Notes: generated from the letters alone by a model not told the origin. Positions 25,112 to 36,350 are shown, counted from the stretch's first letter. The stretch: 64,000 nucleotides of DNA from Balanoglossus misakiensis (GCA_040954595.2 CM082584.2:2263344-2327343), one strand, 5' to 3'. Program-made: numbers and translations.

Positions 25112-27208
25112 ATGGATGTCACCGTCAGTAATGTATCTCTCAGCGAAGATGATATCCCAGGAGCCAGCTTTGATGGTATTGATCCAGCAACGCTGAAAAA
25201 GGACAGGCTCCAATTTTGGTTAAGATGTAGGGGTGACACCCTGAAGAACTTAAAAACAAAGGCACAGTTGTTGACAAGGCAAGTAGGGGCTGGGTAAATT
25301 GTTTTTACGTGTTCCATTTGGTTTTGTTGATCAAACAATATAATAATAAATTATGGTCAAATAAATGAAAATGCATGTATTGCAAATAATACTATTAAAA
25401 TAACAATATTGAAACATTTGTTTTTTTCTGTAGAATAAAGGTGTACATGGAAAATGGAACTGATGCAAAAATTGTTGATCCAGATCCAAACAAAAGCTAT
25501 ACTAAGATGAAGATACAGAAAATGAAGGCACTATCATCAGGCCAAACTCCAGCAAATGTCATGTCAGCTCCTGTAGCACCTGTTGGACTGTCCACTTCTT
25601 ACCCAAAAGATGGGTGGGGCACGTCGTTGCTAGGATTGCCTTTGTTCACTAGAGCACATATAAATATCCATCTCTCAAAAACAGGGAAGCAAGTAAAAGG
25701 GGATGCTGAGGATAATCACCCAACTAATCAGCAACGGGGAAAAGTGTTCTTTGAAGAAAAATATATCCATGATGTTATGACAAATAAAGACACAACATAC
25801 TTTTATTTTACAGCAAGGTGTAACCATAGCTACAAAAAACATGCAGAGCCACATAGACTGAAACTAAAGCTTGATCTTCTGGATGGTAATGTTGTACATG
25901 CTAACTGTACCTGTAAAGCCGGACTTGTAGGCTACTGTAATCATACCCTTGCATTATTATTTCTGATTTCACAATGCTCTTTATTTGATTTAGAGGATGT
26001 TCAAGAGTTTGTAAATATTCACTCAAACATTACTTCTCCAACCTCTAGATTACAAGTGTGGCACCATAGAAACAGAGGTTTGGGGGTTTTGCCAGAACCT
26101 GTTACAAGTTTGGCCATTCGCAAAGTTAAAGTTGATAGTGGTGAGTCAAAATATGCTGTGACTTCAGCATTGTATGATGCCAGAAGAAATCCAAATCATG
26201 ACAACAGTGCTGAAAAAAAGTTCAGAGAAAGTCTGAACCAAAAAAATCCACTGTTTGGGTTTGCGCAGTGCCAGGTCATGCCTGATGTATCATTAGTTGA
26301 TACCAAATTTGGTAAAGTGCCAAATGGCTCAATTTTAAGCTATCAAACACGACACACAGAGTGTAGTTATTCTGTCTTTTGTGACATATCATCAGTACCA
26401 AGACTGCCATCTTATAATTTGTTAATAGATTTAAATTCTTTTCCTAATTTACCATACAAAGAAACCCCTATATATGACATTAAAATTAACAATGAACAGG
26501 AACATGCATGGTTTCAATCAATCAAATGTAACAAAGACAGAGAAAATATGATTGAAGCAGAGACAAGAAAGCAGTCTGTCAGTGATAAGTGGTTTCTGTA
26601 TAGAAAACCAAGGCTGACTGCATCAAATTTTCACGATGTATGTATAACAAAAAGAAATCACGATGCCCTGTGTAATAGCTTATTTAATTCTGAAAGTTTT
26701 ACAAGCAGATATACTGATCATGGCAAAAAATATGAAAGTGAGGGGTTGATAAAATATGCCAAATACATGAATGACACAGATAATTATGTATCTCTACACA
26801 AATGTGGTCTAGTTATAAACCCCTCGTATTGTTTTCTTGGTGGTACACCGGATTCGAAAGTGGTCGATAGAAAATCATCTGAGCCATATGGTATTGTAGA
26901 AGTTAAATGCCCAGAAACAAAGAAAAATGTCACTCCGTTGGATGCATGCCTTGATCAAACATTTTATTGTTATGATGACAATGGGCAGCCAAGGTTGAAA
27001 GTTTATCACAGATATTATCAGCAAATTCAGGGACAAATGGCAGTGTGTGGGCTGACTTGGTGCGATTTTGTTATATATACATTTAAAGGGCTCAGCATTG
27101 AGAGAATCATATTTGACAGTGTATGAAACAGAAATGTTGACACAACTGGATGTTTTTTTTACCGAACATTACATGCCATTTATCGTGACGAGAGAACAAA
27201 GTGCTTAA
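25112..27208 (+). CDS. SAP-like + SWIM zinc finger + YqaJ/lambda-exonuclease (PD-(D/E)xK) protein; two coding exons (25112-25278, 25434-27126); C-terminal tail cut off by a nonsense/frameshift lesion
   Basis: LQFWLRCRG...KAQLLTR|IKVY; CTCKAGLVGYCNH (SWIM); RLTASNF, HGKKYE, GLVINPSYCFLGGTPD, VEVKCP, YYQQIQGQM, CDFV (YqaJ). After TGA at 27124-27126 a shifted frame gives EMLTQLDVFFTEHYMP...* ending at 27208. Confidence 0.9.
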
Positions 27209-27369
27209 CCATATTTTTATTGAATGTAGTTGATAAATGTAGTTTATGTTTTAAAAGATGTAAAATGCGTGCATGGTTGAAATGCAAATAAAAGACGTAT
27301 TCATCAATTTAATATTTTATTTTATTATTCACATTACAGCTGTGCCACATCAAAGAACAGACAAAATCC

Positions 27370-29027
27370 TCATGCACTTATTATAGGATTCTGTACATTA
27401 CACAATAGTGCACTTACAGTCCACATTTCATTTACAATATTAAAAAGTGATATAGGGACAACTCTGTCCCAGATATGAAAATTCTTAACTTTATTAATTG
27501 CCCTTTCTACATGTATGCGCTCAGCAGCAATTTTTTGTGTTTCTATAACATCTTCTGCACTCATTTGGTCACGTTTCTCTAGAAATGGTGGAATATTCAG
27601 AGACACACCTTTAGGCCTCAAGAGGTCAGCTATGGTGAATCCCTTGTCTGCCATTACAGAGTCACCGTGGTCAAATGGCATATCCAGTAACCCTGATCTA
27701 CATTCAATTTCTCTGTCAGATATGGAGCCAGTATATAAACTGCTTATAAACTGCTGACAAATGTTACAGCTCCACTTGGAGCTATGCCTATTAGCCCCTT
27801 AAGTGTTACATGGTTTTTGTAATTAGACAATAATTGTGAATGTAAAATCAATGAACTGGGCATTTCCACCCTAATTTCTGAACAATCAATTATGATGCGG
27901 GTACTTGGGTACTTCACTGTAAATGATGCAGGCATGTTTCTTGTGATACTGGCTTTGTCTTGCCAAATATTAAGGTGACCCAGTTTCAAGTAAAGGTAAT
28001 TTATCCAAGTTATAAATATTCTGCTTACAGTTGACATTGAAATGTTAAACAGAAATGCCAGGTGACGCTCAAAGAAACCCTGCCTTAAACGACACAAAGT
28101 AAGAAGAAATTCATCAATTGGCCGTAGGGTCCGAGGGCGACCCATTTTCTTGTCTGCTTGGCTTTTATCAGTATCATGTAATTTATTTGTTGAATTCCAG
28201 TAGTTAATATTTTCTCCCACTTTACCAGGGTCAATAAATTCAAAGACATCCATTAACGCCAGAAAATTTGGAAATCCTGTATAAGATGAAATTACCTCAT
28301 CACTCTCTTTCATATTTTCAATGTTGAATTGATTACTTTTCAAATTCTTTATTTCTAAATCCTTTTTAATTAAATCCTCCCTCAATAGTTTTACTTTTTC
28401 TTTAAGCATTTCAATGGTTTTTGCATTTGAAAACTCTACATCAGCAATTTTGTTAATAAGTCTCTGGTTTTCAAAAGTAAGTCTTTCAATTTTTTCAAGG
28501 AGTTGCTGTTCATTCCTATGATTTCCAGATGAGATGCCCAGATGTGATTGGTCAACTTCATGACACCCAAGTGTCTGTTGATGAAGTACTTCAGTGCTTC
28601 CCAGCTGACATCTCTCGTGAAGGTCTCCTGTGGCGGAATCACTTACAGTAGACAATTTACCACTTGGATGCATGCTGTGATTTTCATTTACCTCCATCAA
28701 AGTATTTTTCTGTGGTGCTGTTCTTGGTGTTGGTAACTTTCGTGCATGTTTTGTGGATGTCCATTTGAACTGTGATGGTACAGCATTCGGTTTGAGAAAA
28801 TATTTATTGGCAAGGGTTCTTGATATGTCCTCATCTGTGAAATGCCTTGAGCAAACCTTTGTGTGATGTGTTATTTTGAAAAATTTTCCTTCATCCCTCT
28901 TGATTTTTGTTATCCATTGTTTTCTTCGCATTTTATCGTTTGGAAAAGAAAAAAAGGAAATTTTCTCCCCATTCTCTCCTCTGTACCCAGCTCTTGTACA
29001 GAACGGTACACAACAGTTATGAACCAT
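27370..29027 (-). pseudogene. THAP + coiled coil + HTH + DDE_Tnp_4-type transposase, frameshifted by an 11-bp duplication
   Basis: MVHNCCVPFC...FFSFP...W...VCSRHF...AVPS (THAP); EFLLTLCRLR...STVSRIFITW; IIDCSE, YKNHVTLKGLIGIAPSG, GSISD, MADKGF, RIHVERAI. tataaactgct is duplicated at 27734-27755. Confidence 0.93.
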
Positions 29028-29265
29028 GACTGAAAAAAAAAACATTCATTCCATTGAACATGAGCAGTTATCAAAAATTATCATAGAGATCACGGTCACC
29101 TTTTTAGTACTAGTGTACAATCTGACAGTTTTATATTCACAGTCCCTTCGAAACTTTTATTCAGTACTGAAAATGCACACCACAATATCACATTATGGCA
29201 TAATGCCACCTTGAGACTAAATAGTACCACAAATTATAGTTTTATTTACTGTATATCGACTTTTA

Positions 29266-29643
29266 TTTTTTTTTTCGCTGAGTCGATCGAAGTAACAGTT
29301 ACACTAAAACCCAAGTAACCGTATCGCGTGCTCTTTTTCGGTCGCTCCAAAAAAAAATTTTGAGATCGCAAAAATTGAAAGAAATTCACACTTTTTTTGC
29401 TATAATATCTCAGAAGCTAAACAAGAAGGTGCTTAAAATATGACTGAAAACAAAAATACAGCTACGAATTCGAGAAATTCTTACCTTGAAAAGTTTTATC
29501 GGCGTCGCCACTTCCGTCAACAAACCGCTGAGCCTGTGCTTACGAGCTGTCATCAACTCATCAGGGGCGTACACCCAGTGGCCTCGCTTTGAGGTCAAAT
29601 TCATGATAGCCACAAGAGGGCGCTAGACTTATGAAACCCGTGT
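29266..29643 (-). repeat. Right TIR of the ISL2EU element
   Basis: Reverse complement of the left TIR, with a small indel near 29375. Confidence 0.92.
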
Positions 29644-31298
29644 ATGATTTGACTGCATTGATTTCTTCATGTAAAAGGCCCGTCCTTAAAACAACCCATG
29701 AAAATATTCCCTCATGATCTTCTGATAAAATTTTCCGAATAATTACATATGGCAAGCCATCACACCTGATTATAACCCATTCCATATATGTACAATAATC
29801 TCCACTGCCCTCGTCATGATTAAAATATTGTTTGATTTGTGCAAGTTTACCAATGTGATTAAGAATTTCTTTCACTGATTTGAAACAATTAGGATTTACA
29901 AAAATAGGAGACATAACATAAATATTTTCTTTATTTGCTTGTTTTGGGGGCTTTTTAACAATTCTGGAAGTTTACTTTCCCATGTGAGCAACCTTTACTT
30001 CACCAACACACTCATGCAAAATGGTTCCCTTCGAATGCCACAACCTCGACACTTAGCAATTCTCGATTTGCCCTTCGTGTGGGTGAAACCACACTTGGGG
30101 CAAATCTCGACGCTGTCAGTCTGTTGTTTTTGTTGTAAGTATGTGTCAATAGAGTCAGTCTGTGGTGCATTTTCTACATTGATAGTGGCTACAGAAGATA
30201 AAATTAAATCATCAACATAAGAAGCAATGGACTCTTTGACAACTGAATCAAACTCATCATACTTGCTGCCCTCTGTATTGGAAACATCTGTCTCTGAAAC
30301 CTTCTGCCACTGACTTGGCTTCAACCCAGAATCATCTTGCAGTGATGATTCTGGGTCCAGCTGAGAAGCAATAATGTTAGTAAAATATCCAAAGTAACTG
30401 AATTACCATTTCTGTTAATGTAATTTTTAGAAAGATGTTGTTCATTATCAAAAGAAAATTCAACTCACCCCTCAGGTGCATCTGGAAAATCAAAATTACC
30501 TTTGAAAAGAATATTGTTAATGACATCATAACATGGGCCTGCTGTTACGTGGCCCATGAGATCAACTGCCAGGCGACTTCTGGTCAAACTAAATAAAATA
30601 ACTTGAATTGCAGAAATAAAACTACTCACAAACTTAGGATTCCTGGCAGTATAAAGAAGTTCAACGGCATGGGCAAGATATTGAGTGTTATTTTGGATTC
30701 CAGTATTTGGCATACAAATCTCCTCAAGAAGGAAACCAAGACAAGATTCCATTATGACAATAGATTAGGTAAATCTATGTCTGATAAATTTTGAACAGAC
30801 TACCTGTCTTGGTTTTGGCAGAGGAGATCTGCATGCCTGTAAATTTCTAAATTTTCTAATTTCCCAATTTCCCTTACAGCTTCCACCCTCTCTTCCCTTG
30901 TATTAACCTCCCCCCGATTTCCCTTTTCAGTCTCTCAATTTCTTCCTCCAACTCTTTTATTTTCTCTTTGTCCTGAAAATAAAATAAAATACACATGTTA
31001 TTCAGAAATGCCATTTTGATCATTTCAAGGCCCAAACTGACAGCATTTTCTTTGCATTGATTGTAGACCATTTCAATTACCTTGCTTCTGTCTTTCTCTT
31101 CGCCAGTCTTCTTTTGATTTTTTTTCATGTTCACACTCCTGAAATAAATGCAACAGTTTTAAAACATTAAATTATTATTCGCTCATGTAAGTAAGACCAG
31201 TAGAACAATTTTAATTAATTCTGAATAGAAAAAAATTGTTACTGACAACTGGACAAAAAACTACTTAATCTGTAGTGTATTATTTGAACATGATTACC

Positions 31299-31448
31299 TT
31301 TATTTTATTTTCATCCAAATCAAGTCACAAAAAACTGTCCTTGTAACTTTTATACTCGTGTGTATCACTACAATTTCATTTAATCTCTATATTATAAAAG
31401 TTACAAGGAGAGTTTGTTGTGACTTGATTTGGATGAAAATAAAATAAA
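31299..31448. repeat. Imperfect inverted repeat, ~55-bp arms, ~38-nt loop
   Basis: tttattttattttcatccaaatcaagtcacaa...ccttgtaacttttata / tataaaagttacaagg...ttgtgacttgatttggatgaaaataaaataaa. Confidence 0.9.
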
Positions 31449-31785
31449 CATCTTCGACAAAGCTTCAAAAATTAAGCTTGTTTAAAGGTTTGTTTAGTAA
31501 AGCATTGTTGATTTTTTTTCACCAAGCTTTGAAGACGCTTGGCCAAAGATTGGAATTATAAGGTTTCTCAAAGGTCAGTACAGCTTAGGTTCAACTAAGG
31601 CTAGTAATAAGAAGCTTCAGCGAAGGTTGGCACACGACACGACCCCTTCAGCAAAGGTCGGCACGCAAACTCTTGTAGCAAGCTTCAGCACAAAGCTTTT
31701 TGCAACATTGTTCCAAGCTTTGTCCAAGGTACTGCACAATCGCGTGTGTAGAAGGTGCCAAATACAGGCGTTGCATGCATGATAA

Positions 31786-33852
31786 GGCTGGGCAAATTCA
31801 AAATTATGTTTGACGTCAGCGCGCGCCTAGGTTTACGAGAAATTTCGCAAATACAAACAAATATGCAAATGAGGTCAAACGGGGTCATTGATGTCATATG
31901 TCTGTTCGTCTCACTATGTCCTCCTATCGACCGTGGTTGTTGCATGACGAGAACGTGTCGTCTGTAGGTTTCAAAGTCGCCTGTGGGTAAAATTGGAGAA
32001 AGATGGCAAAAGATGTTCATAAAACGAGAGTACGCGAAATTATAAGTTGCAGAGTTACACAGAACAAGAAGGTGGCAATAGATTGGTATGCCTTCGAAGT
32101 CAGTCCAAATGACAGCTTCGCTGCGCTGTACAAAGGGCTAGTTCTCCTTAGTCAGACTAAACACGATCGGTTCAAAACAAAAATTGCAAAAGATGGCAGA
32201 ACGTCTTGTTACCTGTTACAGTCGGAAAAATGTGGTGAAGGTGAGAAGATAGAGGTGTGTCCACGATTGTCTATCGCAAAAACGTGTGATCGGTTCCACA
32301 AGTATTACATTCTTTTTGATGTAAAATCAAAAGGAGACGAAAATACCAACGCTGACGTAGTGCAAACTCAGAAAGATGTTAATAGACCAGTCAGAATTAT
32401 GGAGGTACCTCCATGGTCAGAATGAAAGGTGATTTCAAGGCTGTCCATGTGATCCAAGGTTAGTAAAACATTATTTTATTTACAATTTTGTTGTATGTCA
32501 GTGAATAAATGTTGTGTATGACCATACTGCAGCCCAGAACAAGTTGTCTGAGCCAATTTGTTGCATTCCACATATAGACTGAAAACAAATTTGCTAAAAT
32601 AAATTTTGTTTGAGTAGAATTAAAAACTCTGATTTTTGTATCATTTAGTAGCACAGAACTTGGCACTATTCTGTTATAACTCTACAGCTTTGCCTTCTGT
32701 AGTGTTGGCCTAAGTAAGTACAGTTTATGCTGTAGTACCTGTAAAGTCATGTAAACATCCATTTAATTTATACTTTTTTCTTTGCAAAAGATCCTGTTCC
32801 GGATGAAAGTGGGGACCACTTTGAAAGGTTTACAGAAGTCCAAGGCAGACCAACACGTGAAATTAATTGCCCCAGCAGAAAGGGACTGGTACTTGATGCA
32901 GAAAACACCAACTTCAGGCTGAGTGGTGAAAAGTTGGAGCTGTGGACTGGTGCCCTGCATAGATTGCAAAAAGCCCGGGTATGGTAAAGCATTGTATACA
33001 GTACTATATTGGACATTTTAATATCCATTGTAAATTGGATATTCCTTTCTCATTTGTCAATTTACCACACTGCAAGCCATACAATGTAGTAAATAATGTG
33101 TATTGTGAAAAAGTGAAGAGAAAGGGACTGAACCTCGTACACTGAGACATTAACAGTGTCTTGTTATGTGTTTTCTATGTATATGTACATGTATATTAAA
33201 AAATTAATACAACTAAGACTTCTCTGTTTTTTATTTCTCTTTGATAGGTGTATTTATCTGCAAAGAGGCTTGATTCACAGCAAAAAAAACAGCAACTTCA
33301 GGTATTCCTAGATGATGGTCTTTATACCTGTGGCGGGGTACTAGTAAAACCAAGTCATCCTCTCTATGGAACGTGTGTTGTGAGCCAGAATCAGAGTTAA
33401 ATTTGTTAAATTTTCAACTGTTAAATTTTCAACAGTTCCACTTCGCCAGAAAATGTTGTGTTTTGACTGTTTTCATGAGCAAGTTGTACAGAACTGATGG
33501 ACTTCATCAAATGGAAATTGTGACTGTCAAAATGTTTGGCTGAAACTTTTTTCAATAAAATTGTTCAACTGATATATGCGTATGTGCATTAATATTGAAT
33601 TTACTGTTTACTCAGTATCTTTGAACGTGACACTGTAAACGTCTGTGGAATAATTTAGATGTAAAATATGTTTAAAGTTTAAGGACAAGGGTTTTCTTCA
33701 ATGGATATTTGCTTTCAATTTCTCATAATATCTCATTTGCATATTTTGGAATATATAATTAGTTTGTTTTGTTTACCCCCCCCCCCCCCCCCCCCCTCAT
33801 AGGTTTTGGGGTCTTGGGGTGACGTCAAACATAGTTTTGAATTTGCGCAGCC
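31786..33852 (+). mobile_element. 2.07-kb TIR element with GG termini and TAA TSD (Zator or Harbinger type deletion derivative)
   Basis: ggctgggcaaattcaaaattatgtttgacgtca / tgacgtcaaacatagttttgaatttgcgcagcc; TAA at 31783-31785 and 33853-33855; inverted tatgcaaatgag motifs further inside. Confidence 0.88.
32003..32425 (+). CDS. Unknown 140-aa ORF inside the TIR element, probably the remnant N-terminus of its transposase; further exon-like remnant at ~33249-33400
   Basis: ATG-initiated ORF close to the left TIR; the later piece follows ttgatag and reads FLDDGLYTCGGVLVKPSHPLYGTCVV. Confidence 0.45.
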   Translation: MAKDVHKTRVREIISCRVTQNKKVAIDWYAFEVSPNDSFAALYKGLVLLSQTKHDRFKTKIAKDGRTSCYLLQSEKCGEGEKIEVCPRLSIAKTCDRFHKYYILFDVKSKGDENTNADVVQTQKDVNRPVRIMEVPPWSE

Positions 33853-34411
33853 TAATAGAGAGGTTCGTCTACACGTTATACGCGAACGTGAACGCGCAAC
33901 GTCACGAATTTCTGTTATGACGTCATCAAGTTTTGTGTAAAGTTTGACGTTCACATAAAAGACCGCGTTTTTACATGGAGATAGATGTTTTCACGTTAGT
34001 TGCGAACGTGAAAAGTTATTCTCATTTTGGGCAACAAAAATTCATATTATCTACGAAATATGTGTATGCCTTGTTTTTTTGTGCGCAGAACGACACGGGC
34101 GGTAAATCTTGCATGTAAGCTAATTGGTCACTCAATGTAAACCAAATGACATCATCGCATTCTAAATAAGAAAATAGAGGCGTGAAATTCCCGCGATGGG
34201 ATGTGGGAGTGGTTTTGAAGGAGTATGAATATTCATAACCAAGCTTTGTTAATTATATCATCCAACCACTGGCGCCCGTCAACATTTGATAGATCACTCG
34301 TTATCCATTCGTTACTAAGCGACCCTGATCGTAGCCGGGGCTACTATCTTTCAGCTCAGCATGACATTGCTCGACTGTTGTATTTTAGATCGACGCCCTG
34401 GTCTCCGGGCT

Positions 34412-35500
34412 ACTGAATATGAGCCAGCGACAATGCACAGTTTCCTGAATTCAATCGACCGACTATTACGTGAAAATAAATATCAGTGGAATATTAAAAC
34501 GGATGCTCTTTTCGAGGGCGCTAGACGAGTCTTCGCTGCTAAAAGAAGAACCTAAAAGCTATGGGCTAGGGCAACGCACCCAATAAAACCGAGCCACTAA
34601 CTGCCGACGACGTCGATGCACTTTACAATACTGGACAGCTTGGTATGCATCGCCCAGCAGCACTTCAGAATACCGTGTGGTGGTTTCTAACAACCCAGTT
34701 CGGCCTACACCATGGAACTGGGTGATATTGTCGAGGGCACCGAAGTCATCGATGGCGATATCGTGAAATATATCGAATACAACATCGAGAGACAGACAAT
34801 AACAAGACAAGGAGAAAACCCACGAAACACGAGAAAAATAAAGCCCAGAATGTACGAAAATAAATCAAACCCAGAACTGTGTCCGGTTGCAGCTTTTAAG
34901 AAGTTTACCGAAATGCGTCCAACGTCAATGATGGCTGCCGTTAGTCCAGTTTACCTCGCCGTAAATCACAAATACAATGCATCTGACGAGAACAACTGGT
35001 ACAAGAATCAGCGACTGGGCATCAACTCCCTCAGAGGCCTGATGAAAACTATGGCACAAGCGGCGAATCTTAGCAGTAAGAAAACGAACCATTCAGCTCG
35101 GACGACCCTAGTTACAGAACTGAACAACGTGGATGTACCCTCGACTCATATCATGCAACGGACAGCACACAAGAACGTCAACAGCATCACTCACTACGCC
35201 ACAGTGTCACAGAAACAACAGCTAAAAATGTCCTCCATCATGAGCAACATGAAATCGGCCCCATCGTCAACTAGGCCTAACCCGCAAACGGACACAACAA
35301 CTGCACAGTCATCAGATGACACCCGTAATGTTCATTCAAGTTCACTGTTTGGCCCTGGTCAAACGATAACGGGCGGTACATTCACTTCAGTATAAATATC
35401 AACCAGCCACTGAGATCAAACATGGGCTACAACGCATCGCAATATAAGCCAATAAGAAAACGGATTTATGTTATAGATTCGGACAGTGACTCTGAGTGTG
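34412..35500 (+). pseudogene. Crypton-type tyrosine recombinase (DUF3504-like) remnant
   Basis: EYEPATMHSFLNSIDRLLRE...LQNTVWW..., ER.T.TRQG, CPV..F..F...RP, WYKNQRLGINSL, TNHSAR, HKNVNSITHY (H-x-x-R, H and Y catalytic motifs); frameshifts and a deletion upstream. Confidence 0.85.
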
Positions 35501-35614
35501 AAATGTTGAGTGAACTGAGTTTCATATTTAGGGGTTGCCTGTTCAAGTGTTCACACTATATTTCATATTAAAGCTAGGACTGTTATGTTTGTAAGTTCAG
35601 TATTTCGCCGTTAA

Positions 35615-35750
35615 GGGCCTGGTCAGAATTAACAGGGGGGAAGGCCGGTGCGATTGGGGGGAGGGTCACCATTTCTCATGCAACGGTTTGGGGGAGGGCC
35701 GCTACATTTTGGGCACTTGTCAAGGGGAGGGTCACTAATTTTTGTGCAAG
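35615..35750 (+). mobile_element. Putative left TIR of a large Zator-like element (partner end not in the window)
   Basis: TAA|GGGCCTGGTCAGAATTAACAGGGGGG followed by repeated gggagggtcac motifs; same architecture as the TIR of the 3019-3732 MITE. Confidence 0.5.
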
Positions 35751-36037
35751 GATGACACCGAAAATGTTTCAAAATTTGAAGTGTTACAGAGAAATACTGA
35801 AAAGAGACTTGCGCTCATAGGCACTCATGTATGGATATATTGACATCCCTTGTACTACAAAATACACCACACAACTCACAAAACATACACATGTACCAGT
35901 ATGTGATCTTAAATATGAATATATGAATACAAATCTTTAATCAGAACAAACACAATCATAAAAGAACTTATGTAAGAAATGTACTTTTCGCAAAAATAAC
36001 TTAATACATAAATATACAATTTTTTATGAAAAGGTGA

Positions 36038-36191
36038 CGTCCGAGTCCATTTGTATGTGGCAGAGATTATTGATGCTTTCTGCATATTGTCATTGTGACG
36101 ACTGCGCTGGGGTGTCCCCATCTTGCTCTTACAATGTGACAACATGCAGAATGCCTCAATAATCTCTGCCAAATAAAAATGGACTCGGACG
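36038..36191. repeat. Imperfect inverted repeat (~55-bp arms) just downstream of the SAM-gene stop codon
   Basis: cgtccgagtccattt.tat.tggcagagattattga.gc.ttctgcat.ttgtca ... tgacaacatgcagaatgcctcaataatctctgccaaataaaaatggactcggacg. Confidence 0.9.
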
Positions 36192-36227
36192 CTGCCACCT
36201 AGCCAATAATAAGACACTTCGGTTTAT

Positions 36228-36312
36228 TTATACTAGTATGCTGTCACCGCTATTAAAGTACCATTGATGGTCACCACTCCCCTCCTCTTCCTTTTCCTCA
36301 TCCACCCTCCCC

Positions 36313-36350
<38 letters not shown>

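Larger units (their letters stand above)
24521..29643. mobile_element. ISL2EU/IS4EU (PHIS group) DNA transposon, 5.1 kb, long TIRs, AT TSD
   Basis: Termini ACACGGGTTTCATAAG / CTTATGAAACCCGTGT; TIRs near-identical for ~260 bp and similar to ~370 bp; AT at 24519-24520 and 29644-29645; convergent transposase and YqaJ genes. Confidence 0.92.
23040..31128 (-). pseudogene. Decayed multi-exon DDE-transposase-like gene (Academ/DUF6589-like), interrupted by the ISL2EU element
   Basis: Colinear ORF pieces: MKKNQKK exon (31128-31082), coiled coil, CPKCG..CRGCG zinc knuckle, PIFVNPN, IRCDGLPY, GLLHEEINAVKS | FVSMYWD..., KKCSDHH, WHGRNHPTYQ, HQGADAVLEE; several stops and frameshifts. The D...G..H...D..LEE order suggests Academ-type transposases (inference). 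Confidence 0.55.

Noticed and set aside
25441-27126. YqaJ as evidence of phage DNA, or of a Kolobok element
   Set aside because: The gene has an intron and lies between TIRs with a DDE_Tnp_4 transposase and a 2-bp TSD; Kolobok would show TTAA and a different transposase.
34712-35395. Host gene of the ZMYM/KCTD1/QRICH1 type
   Set aside because: It is intronless, truncated and frameshifted and lacks host domains, which fits a Crypton remnant better.
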